A stretch of DNA of 64,000 nt from an uncultured Gemmatimonadota bacterium. GTDB taxonomy: Bacteria > JAAXHH01. The position numbers were made by a program, and so were the translations under genes. Numbering within the stretch: the first letter of the stretch is position 1; every line of letters begins with the position of its first letter. Positions 1 to 6,945 of this stretch are shown one piece after another. The notes below the pieces were generated by a model. The model was not told where the DNA came from, made no database searches, and saw only the letters and a program-made list of their open reading frames with translations. The stretch covers positions 480,001 to 544,000 of the forward strand of contig OX638340.1 of the NCBI GenBank assembly GCA_951812955.1. Reading direction: 5' to 3'.

Positions 1-1770
1 GACCACCATGCCTATGGGATGGAGCGGCCACCACGGCAGGAGAATCCTTCCGGCCAGGAGCACGAACATCATTACAACGCCGCTCCCGAAAAACAGTACT
101 TCGAGTTCATTGATCCGGGTCGCGTTGTTGACCCAGGTCACGATCAGATCGTAAAACTGGTTGCCCCGCGAGGTGCCCAGGTCGGTCCGCAGGCTCTGGG
201 CACCGTAAGTGTTTCCGGCGTAGATCAGATATCCGATGGAAGCCGTGGCACTCAGGCAGAACGCCGCGGCCACGCTGGCGAAGAGGTGCTTTGCGGAGGG
301 CTGCCGGCGGGAAACTCCATTCTCTGTTTTGTTAATGTACTGTGCCTGCATGCGCTGCCGCCACTGTGATTTGAGCCAGGCCACGTGGGATGTGCCAATC
401 ATGGTGAAGGTGCGCCAGTTGCGCGCGAACCCGTTGGCCATGCCCAGTGTCGTCAAATCGCCGTGGCTGATCTGGGACGAACCGACGATGGCGATGGAGA
501 ACTGGTGGCTGTTGATGGGCAGATCGAGCGTCACCACGCCCGTTTCGGCCACCACGCGCGCCATGGCGATATAGAAGATGAAGAGGAGCGTGATGAACAG
601 GGCCATGATCGGCAGGGACAGACCGGCGGCGTACAGCCAGCACACGATGAAGGACATGCCAAGCAGGAATCCGAAGACGGCGGTCCGATAGGAGAACAGC
701 TCTTCGGCGTCATCCAGCCGGCTGTTTCGGCCCAGCGCGTGCCGCCAGACTTCTTTCAGATGCCTACGGGCCATCCAGAGACCGAAGAGGACGAAGGTCA
801 CCAGCCCGGCGATCGACTGGATACCTGCCAGGCCCCCGTGGATGATGGTTCCGGAGGTGGAACCGATGCCGACCATGTTGAGCGTACCCTCCTGGAGCAC
901 GTAAAAGACCAGGAAGAACCACATGCTGAACAGGACGTCCCGGTTTACGAAGATCAGCAGGCAGAAGACGAAAACGTTCATCTGAAAGTTGAGCCCGGGA
1001 AAAGCGGGATCGAGGGTAAGAACCTGGGAATTCTCCGCCATGATTGGGAACGGGGGCCACGCACCCCAGAATGAGATGATGTTACAGATCATGAAAAGCG
1101 ACATGACCACCGCACCGGACAGGGTCCAGCGGCTGATGCCGTCTGACTTTCCTTCGCCCAGTGAGATCAGGTGCAGGCCCACTTCTCCCAGGGGAAACTG
1201 GAGGCGTTCGTGTTCGACCCACTGTTTCCTGAGCATTACTACAATGCACGCGCCGACAAAAAGCAGGACTAGAATGAAGGAACCCCACCAGAACAGAGGG
1301 GACAGCCAGGCGCCCCAGGGGATGGACTGGCCGGACTGAAGTCCTTCGTAGAACACCCTTACCGCTGCCCGGTCACTGAGGACCAGCCATTCTGGCAGAT
1401 AAGGAAAGAAGATGGATTCCCAGGCATTTTCCGGTGAAGCGAAGTAGAACGGCGCGGTGATCACGACGAGCAGGTACTTGGTCATGGCCTGGTCGGGCAC
1501 CGTGGAGGCGATCCAGCCCATGGCGAAGATGACGATCATTTCATAGAAAGAAAGGGCCCAGGCGGGACGTATCCGACCGATTAAAACGTTGGGCAGCAGT
1601 ACGCAGAACAGGAACGGGACGAGGAACACCGGTGGGAGATGGGTCGCTGCCGGTTCGATTCCGATCTGGTTGGCGGCGTATTCTCCCGTGAAACCGATGA
1701 ATATCGAAAGCGCGGCCCCGATGAGGACCGCGCGGAAGGATCGGATATACTGAAGTATAATCGTTGTCAT
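1..1770 (-). CDS. Large polytopic membrane protein of unknown function. The 3' end is cut by the window edge. Paralog of 28949..30931.
   Basis: The minus-strand frame is open from the ATG at 1768-1770 to the window edge. It is absent from the ORF track because its stop lies outside the window. No frame-0 minus-strand sub-ORFs are listed, which is consistent with one continuous ORF. Translated blocks match the 660-aa protein at 28949..30931: FVGACIVVMLRKQWVEHERL, FYFASPEN, ELFSYRTAVFG and MARVVAETG. The translation is very hydrophobic. Confidence 0.55.
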   Translation of the reverse strand, partial: MTTIILQYIRSFRAVLIGAALSIFIGFTGEYAANQIGIEPAATHLPPVFLVPFLFCVLLPNVLIGRIRPAWALSFYEMIVIFAMGWIASTVPDQAMTKYLLVVITAPFYFASPENAWESIFFPYLPEWLVLSDRAAVRVFYEGLQSGQSIPWGAWLSPLFWWGSFILVLLFVGACIVVMLRKQWVEHERLQFPLGEVGLHLISLGEGKSDGISRWTLSGAVVMSLFMICNIISFWGAWPPFPIMAENSQVLTLDPAFPGLNFQMNVFVFCLLIFVNRDVLFSMWFFLVFYVLQEGTLNMVGIGSTSGTIIHGGLAGIQSIAGLVTFVLFGLWMARRHLKEVWRHALGRNSRLDDAEELFSYRTAVFGFLLGMSFIVCWLYAAGLSLPIMALFITLLFIFYIAMARVVAETGVVTLDLPINSHQFSIAIVGSSQISHGDLTTLGMANGFARNWRTFTMIGTSHVAWLKSQWRQRMQAQYINKTENGVSRRQPSAKHLFASVAAAFCLSATASIGYLIYAGNTYGAQSLRTDLGTSRGNQFYDLIVTWVNNATRINELEVLFFGSGVVMMFVLLAGRILLPWWPLHPIGMVV

Positions 1771-1889
1771 TGGACGGCTAAGGGAACCGGATCATGTCCA
1801 TAGTACCTGGGCTGCGCGATCAGGACCACGCGGTCAGGTCCACGTGGTCAGATCCACACGGTCAATCGCAATCGGTCAGTTGCAGACAA

Positions 1890-3296
1890 TCAGGACCACA
1901 CGGTCAGCCCCATGACGAGATATACGACACCTGTGAGCACGGCGGCGATCATCGCATAAGGGATCTGCGTTCTGACGTGATCGATATGGTCGGATGCGGC
2001 GCCTGTCGAGGCGAGGATGGAGGTGTCAGAGAGCGGAGAGCAGTGATCGCCGAAGACCCCGCCGCCGGCCACGGCCGCTATGGTCGCGTATACGATGTCG
2101 GTCAATACGTCCCCCGAATATACCAGGGCCACGGGCACCGCGATCGGCAGCATGATGGCAAAGGTACCCCAGGAAGTTCCGGTGGAAAAGGCCATCACGG
2201 CCGCCAGCACGTAGGCGCACAAGGGGAGCATGGACGGGGTGAGGAAATCCCTCGAAATCGATACCATGTAGTCGGCCGTGCCCATGTCTTTGCTCAGCTG
2301 GTTGATGGTATAGGCGAAAGCCAGGATCATAATGGCCGGCATGATCCCCTTGATACCCGTCATCGCCGTGTCCATGATGTCGTTTAGCTGAATGCCCTGT
2401 ATACGAATCGAAATACCCAGGAAAATCACGACGGCGAGATAGGCTTCGAGCGTCTTCGCGGACCCGGTTAGAATGAACGAGCCCAGGACGATGACGATAA
2501 TCAGGATGACCGGCAGGATGAAGTTCAGGAACAGGCGCGGCTTGATTTCCGGGAACATCGGGGTCTCGGTCAGTTCCCGTCCGATGAGCGGTACCGCCCC
2601 GTCTCTGAGCACCTTGCCTTCCTTCAAAGCCCTGCGTTCCGCTTTCTTCATGGGACCGAATTCGGGGACCAGCCCGGCGGAGAACAGACCGACCAGAATT
2701 ACCGCCGCGAAGGCATAGATATTGTAGGGAATGGAATGTATGAAGGCGTTCAACGCATCGCCGGGATTGGCTATGGGGCCCATGCCGATGGTGAGTCCCG
2801 ATATGTAGATCGCCCATCCCGTGAAGGGCATGAGCACGATGACCGGGGCCGAGGTGGAGTCTGCGATATAGGCCAGCTTCTCCCTGGAAATCCGCGCCTT
2901 GTCGGCCAGGCTCCGCATCGTGGTCCCGACGAACAACGGGCTGAAGTAATCGCTGAAGAAGACGAACATGCCCAGCACCCACGTCCAGAGCTGCACGCCC
3001 TTGCGCGACAGCTGTCGGTACGCCACCCACTGGGTAAACGTCTGGATGGCGCCGGTTCGGATGAAAAAGGCGATCATGATCCCGATGCAGATCTCGAGAA
3101 GGAATACCCAGGAGAAACTGGTGTTTCCGATCGCGTTGATCATCAACTCGGAAAACCCCAGGGGACCCTGACCCGATATCAGGACGCCGACCAGGCAGGC
3201 CACCGCCAGGGAATACACGGCGTTCCGGGTCGTGAAGGCCAGCACGATGGCAAGGGCCGGTGGCACGATGGAGAGGATGCCGAGGTTTGTTTCCAT
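1890..3296 (-). CDS. NhaC-family Na+/H+ antiporter-like membrane transporter
   Basis: A 468-aa polytopic membrane protein. Its overall length, hydrophobicity pattern and conserved glycine-rich helices look like the NhaC family. Confidence 0.65.
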   Translation of the reverse strand: METNLGILSIVPPALAIVLAFTTRNAVYSLAVACLVGVLISGQGPLGFSELMINAIGNTSFSWVFLLEICIGIMIAFFIRTGAIQTFTQWVAYRQLSRKGVQLWTWVLGMFVFFSDYFSPLFVGTTMRSLADKARISREKLAYIADSTSAPVIVLMPFTGWAIYISGLTIGMGPIANPGDALNAFIHSIPYNIYAFAAVILVGLFSAGLVPEFGPMKKAERRALKEGKVLRDGAVPLIGRELTETPMFPEIKPRLFLNFILPVILIIVIVLGSFILTGSAKTLEAYLAVVIFLGISIRIQGIQLNDIMDTAMTGIKGIMPAIMILAFAYTINQLSKDMGTADYMVSISRDFLTPSMLPLCAYVLAAVMAFSTGTSWGTFAIMLPIAVPVALVYSGDVLTDIVYATIAAVAGGGVFGDHCSPLSDTSILASTGAASDHIDHVRTQIPYAMIAAVLTGVVYLVMGLTVWS

Positions 3297-3467
3297 GCTG
3301 GTTCCGGGAATCAGGTACTGGACAGGATTTCAACTAAGAAACATCTATCGGGTTCCTCAGGCAACAACCTATATTGTCGGGGACAATGAGAATCTGGCAC
3401 ACTGAGTTGAGATTTCTGCCATCTACCACGTTTTGATCGGCGAGAGCACCCCCGAGGCCCTGAATCC

Positions 3468-4265
3468 ATGGAACACCTCAGCTACATGCTGATCGATCCC
3501 CCAGCTCGATGGGGCGGGAGTATCGACGATACCTTCGGTTTCATAAGAAACAGCGGATATACCGGCGTGGAACTTAACCTCACACCGGAACTGGTGAGCC
3601 GGCTGGATGAAATCGAACGCGCTGCCCGCGGAAATCAACTGCGCGTTGTTTCCCTGCTCACGGGTGTGGCATACGAGGACGGGCTCTGTCTCAGCTCCCC
3701 AGATGAATCAATCCGCGAAATGACCGTCGCCCGTCTGGTGGAGAACCTGGAGACCGCGGAACGGTTCAACGCCATACTCGTGGTCGGATTGCTTCAGGGA
3801 CTGCGGTCCGATGAACCGGACCCGGATGTCGCCAACGAACGGATCGTCTCCTGCCTGCAGCTTGTTGGAAGGGAAGCGGAATCGAAAAGTATAGACATTG
3901 TGATCGAGCCGGTAAACCACCTTCAAGTGGGGTTCAATCACAGCGTGGGCGAGGTCCGTAAACTGATCCGCACCATCGGGTCGAGCGCTTTTCATCCCAT
4001 GGTCGATACGATTCACATGAATATCGAAGAGACCTCTCTCGTCAAGCCGATCCAAGACTGCGGCGCCAGTCTCAGGCACGTGCATCTCTGTGAAAGCCAC
4101 GGCGGCCTGCCGGGAACCGGCCGAATCGACTTCGCGGAAGTACTCCATGCCCTGAAAGGCATAAACTATCCGCATTTTGCATCGGTGAAGGTCTACCGAA
4201 AGGCCGGGTTGCGGGAAGCGGTGGAGCGGAGTATGGCTTACTTCAGGGGCTTGCGGTCGGGATAG
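3468..4265 (+). CDS. Sugar phosphate isomerase/epimerase (xylose-isomerase-like TIM barrel)
   Basis: A 265-aa protein with the AP-endonuclease-2/TIM-barrel signature. It has a conserved E in the IEP motif and an HxH.E...G..P.TG region. Confidence 0.7.
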   Translation: MEHLSYMLIDPPARWGGSIDDTFGFIRNSGYTGVELNLTPELVSRLDEIERAARGNQLRVVSLLTGVAYEDGLCLSSPDESIREMTVARLVENLETAERFNAILVVGLLQGLRSDEPDPDVANERIVSCLQLVGREAESKSIDIVIEPVNHLQVGFNHSVGEVRKLIRTIGSSAFHPMVDTIHMNIEETSLVKPIQDCGASLRHVHLCESHGGLPGTGRIDFAEVLHALKGINYPHFASVKVYRKAGLREAVERSMAYFRGLRSG

Positions 4266-4311
4266 GCTTGCTGCCAGTGGCTTGCGGTCGGGATAGGCTT
4301 GCTGCCGGTGA
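4246..4311. repeat. Tandem direct duplication, 2 x about 32 nt, that copies the 3' end and stop codon of the upstream gene
   Basis: ggcttgcggtcgggataggcttgctgccagtg is followed immediately by ggcttgcggtcgggataggcttgctgccggtg. The first copy encodes the C-terminal GLRSG plus the TAG of the 3468..4265 gene. A second, unrelated pair, gggccatttcggcttttgtgg and gggccattccggcttttgcgg, sits at about 4334-4396. Confidence 0.8.
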
Positions 4312-4369
4312 ATCGGGATAGGTGGGCCTCTCCGTAAGGGCCATTTCGGCTTTTGTGGATGACACGTCT

Positions 4370-5386
4370 TCAGGGCCATTCCGGCTTTTGCGGGTGGCCG
4401 GTGCGGATGGATGCCAACCCCGCTTCGCATACCGCCACGACGCGCGCGCCGATTCGTGCCGGGATCGGGTTTTCCATTTTTCCGTCGAGCGTGTCCAGGA
4501 AGTCCACGACGGACCGGCCCCAGCCATGGCCGCCCACGGCGGCATCGTCCGAGGCATTGGGTAGTACGATCGGTTCCTTCCCGCGGCGGTACAGCTTGCC
4601 ATTCCATAGCGTCCCCTCGGTGCCATAGACGGCCAGCATGCCGCCTCCCATGCCTTCCCCCGAGCAGCCGCTGGTGACGAAAACCTTTCCGAGCACCCCG
4701 TTCTCGAATTTCAGCATGACGATATAGCAGTCGTCCGAGGGAAACTCGGGCACGCTCAGTTTGCTGCTGTAGGCGAAGACCTCGCCGACGGGCGAATCGA
4801 CTGTGGACAGGATGTTGTCTATGGGATGGCAGCCGCCGCCCAGGAGTATGTTCTGCGGGTTATCCCGGTCGATCCGCCACGGCGTGTGGCCCCGCCCGCC
4901 CGGATGGTAGATAGACCACATGTCGTGGATATAGTCGCCCTGGACAAAAAACACGTCGCCGATCTCACCCGATCGGGCTGCCATGGACATTTCCCGCCAG
5001 GGGTACATGTACCGGATAGTATGATCCGTCATCACCGTCCGGCCCGTCCGGTCGGCGGCGTCGATGATGCGGTGTGCGTCGGCGACGGTCGTGGCCAACG
5101 GCTTCTCCACGAGGGCGTGGGCGCCGAGTTCCAGCGCCATGACGGTCTGATCGGCGTGCAGGTGGTCCGGTCCGGCCACGGCGACGATGTCCGGCCGTGT
5201 TCTAGAGATCAATGTCCGAAGGTCGTCACCGGTAGCGGCATCGCGATAGAGCGACCTGGCCGCTGCAAGTTTCGCCTCGATGGGGTCGAAGAGGGCGGTA
5301 ACTCGGGCGCGGCCGCTTTGCTCGGCCACGTGCGCCACGTATTTGCCGGCGCTGCCGCAACCGCTCAGAAGTAAGGAATAGGACAT
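4370..5386 (-). CDS. Gfo/Idh/MocA-family NAD(P)-dependent oxidoreductase
   Basis: A 338-aa protein with an N-terminal Rossmann region, then the EKP motif and C-terminal alpha/beta domain typical of Gfo/Idh/MocA dehydrogenases. Confidence 0.8.
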   Translation of the reverse strand: MSYSLLLSGCGSAGKYVAHVAEQSGRARVTALFDPIEAKLAAARSLYRDAATGDDLRTLISRTRPDIVAVAGPDHLHADQTVMALELGAHALVEKPLATTVADAHRIIDAADRTGRTVMTDHTIRYMYPWREMSMAARSGEIGDVFFVQGDYIHDMWSIYHPGGRGHTPWRIDRDNPQNILLGGGCHPIDNILSTVDSPVGEVFAYSSKLSVPEFPSDDCYIVMLKFENGVLGKVFVTSGCSGEGMGGGMLAVYGTEGTLWNGKLYRRGKEPIVLPNASDDAAVGGHGWGRSVVDFLDTLDGKMENPIPARIGARVVAVCEAGLASIRTGHPQKPEWP

Positions 5387-5413
5387 GTCAGTTATGGCCT
5401 CAACGAGCCGCGG

Positions 5414-6748
5414 TCACTTCATCTGCTCCAGCCTGGTCCGGTACTTGTCATACAGGTCGGTGTGCTTGCTGCTGATATCGACCGGCCGGCCCTGGATGAA
5501 GGCCCGTTCCACCTGGGTCATGATCTCGAGGGGGTCCCCGTCGGTCACGATCAGGGTGGCGTCCTTGCCCGTCTCCAGGGAACCGAGCCTGTCTTCCACC
5601 CCGAGGATACGCGCCGGATAGAGGGTGACGGATTTCAACGCCTCTTCCCTGGGCAGGCCGTAGGCCGCCGCGGTCGCGGCGTGGTAGGGCAGGTTCCGTA
5701 CGTTCGAACCGCCGCCGCCTTCGAGCCATACCCTGCGCTCGCCGATGCAGAAATCCAGGCCGGCTTCATAGAGTTTCAGGGCATTGGTGAACGGCGCGTC
5801 ATAGGCTTCCCAACGGCGAGCGGGCAGGTAATGCACGGCGCCGATGATCACAGGGATCGCGTTTTCCTTCAAGCGGTCCGCCACCCGCCATACGTCCGCC
5901 CCGCCGACCAGGACGATCTTGAGATCTTCGGCGAGGGCCCAGTCGATGGCGGCGTGGATCTGTTTTACTTCAGATGCGTGTACGAGAACGGGAAGTTCTT
6001 TCTTAAGCACCGGGATCATCGACTCCCAGCCGAGGTCGGAGGGATGAAACGGCCCGCCGGTGCGTTCGGCCTCCTTGGCGATCATGTATGCCCTGGCTTC
6101 GCGAAAGGCGTCGCGAAGTCTGGTAAGGGCTTCCCTGCGCGCTTCGACCTGCTTCTCCCGGCTGTCCGCACCGGGAAAATCGAATATGCGGTAGGATGGC
6201 CAGCGTACGTGAAGTCCCACCGTCGATTGCAGCGTCATTTCCTCAGTGGTCCAGCCATCCAGCGCGATAAGGCCGGAAAGCCCAGAGATCAGGCCGCCAC
6301 TGGGCATGGTCAGGGCGGTCAGTATCCCGTTCGCACGGGCAACAGGGAAGTACTCGCTGTCGGGATTCACGGCGGTAACCGCGCGGACGCTCGGGGTAAC
6401 GTCCCCGATTTCCACGTTGTCCTGGGTCGCCCGCACCGAGCTGATCTCGGTCAGTCCCAGGGTCGTCGGCGCGGCGATCAGCCCGGGATACACATGTTTC
6501 CCCGTAACGTCGATGACCAGCGTGTTTTCGGGCAGGGCCAGATCGGTCCCGATACCTGTTATAACGCCGGCATCAAAGAGCACCGTGGCGCCTTCGAGGA
6601 CAGCGCCGCTCACCGTATGCACGGTTCCGCCAGTCAGGGCGATGGGACGAGCCTGCGGCCCGGACGGTTTCTGCTTGGAAGCAGCCGCCTCGTGGACCAT
6701 GGGACCGGATGCGAGACCAGCAATCAACAATACAGCCATCGTTCGCAT
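5414..6748 (-). CDS. Secreted amidohydrolase-family protein lacking the N-terminal HxH metal motif
   Basis: It has amidohydrolase-fold hallmarks: PGLI near the N-terminus and a C-terminal G.LE.GKDA.L.V.DGDPL. Where HxH is expected the sequence reads PGLIAAPTTLG. The most probable start is the ATG at 6746-6748, giving MRTMAVLLIAGLASG, a signal-peptide-like N-terminus. The ORF track extends to 6892 through in-frame tandem repeats. Confidence 0.65.
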   Translation of the reverse strand: MRTMAVLLIAGLASGPMVHEAAASKQKPSGPQARPIALTGGTVHTVSGAVLEGATVLFDAGVITGIGTDLALPENTLVIDVTGKHVYPGLIAAPTTLGLTEISSVRATQDNVEIGDVTPSVRAVTAVNPDSEYFPVARANGILTALTMPSGGLISGLSGLIALDGWTTEEMTLQSTVGLHVRWPSYRIFDFPGADSREKQVEARREALTRLRDAFREARAYMIAKEAERTGGPFHPSDLGWESMIPVLKKELPVLVHASEVKQIHAAIDWALAEDLKIVLVGGADVWRVADRLKENAIPVIIGAVHYLPARRWEAYDAPFTNALKLYEAGLDFCIGERRVWLEGGGGSNVRNLPYHAATAAAYGLPREEALKSVTLYPARILGVEDRLGSLETGKDATLIVTDGDPLEIMTQVERAFIQGRPVDISSKHTDLYDKYRTRLEQMK

Positions 6749-6834
6749 CCAACAAGCGCCTGCGAGTACAGCCATTGTCCGCCTCCAACAAGCGCCTGCG
6801 AGTACAGCCATCGTTCGATTCCAACAGGCGCTGG
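6732..6834. repeat. In-frame 36-nt tandem repeat, about 2.9 copies, spanning the start codon region of the 5414..6748 gene
   Basis: The three units are acagccatcgttcgcatccaacaagcgcctgcgagt, acagccattgtccgcctccaacaagcgcctgcgagt and acagccatcgttcgattccaacaggcgctgg. Each carries an in-frame ATG on the minus strand. In the extended ORF the repeat shows up as the peptide TMAVLAGACW(R/M)R repeated. Confidence 0.85.
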
Positions 6835-6900
6835 AAGACTTCGCCGAACGCCGCGTCCCCTGGATTGTCCGGGGCAATATCACCATCTCCAACCTCCATT

Positions 6901-6940
6901 CGCCGGGAAACCGGCCTGTCCGCCGGGAAACCGGCCTGTC
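6901..6940. repeat. Perfect tandem 20-mer x2 in the intergenic region between the two amidohydrolase genes
   Basis: cgccgggaaaccggcctgtc repeated twice back to back. Confidence 0.9.
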
Positions 6941-6945
6941 CGGTC

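Noticed and set aside
2026-3333. Many long ORFs of 150 to 550 aa in the track, on the strand opposite to, or in alternate frames of, the genes called above. Examples are 2026..3333-, 5462..7018+, 6709..8358+, 8461..9825+, 17424..18464+, 22900..23787+, 27965..28891+, 33325..34215-, 34558..35661-, 39019..39915-, 56076..57281+, 59055..59849+ and 62886..63914-.
   Set aside because: Their translations are Arg/Gly/Pro/His-rich low-complexity strings. That is typical of spurious frames in high-GC DNA. Each overlaps a gene with clear family signatures on the other strand.
6732-6940. A CRISPR array, suggested by several short direct repeats here and at 22196-22300, 50790-50861 and 55582-55657.
   Set aside because: The repeats are contiguous, with no unique spacers. 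There are 2 to 6 copies each, different at every locus, and no cas genes. They are tandem duplications, not CRISPRs.
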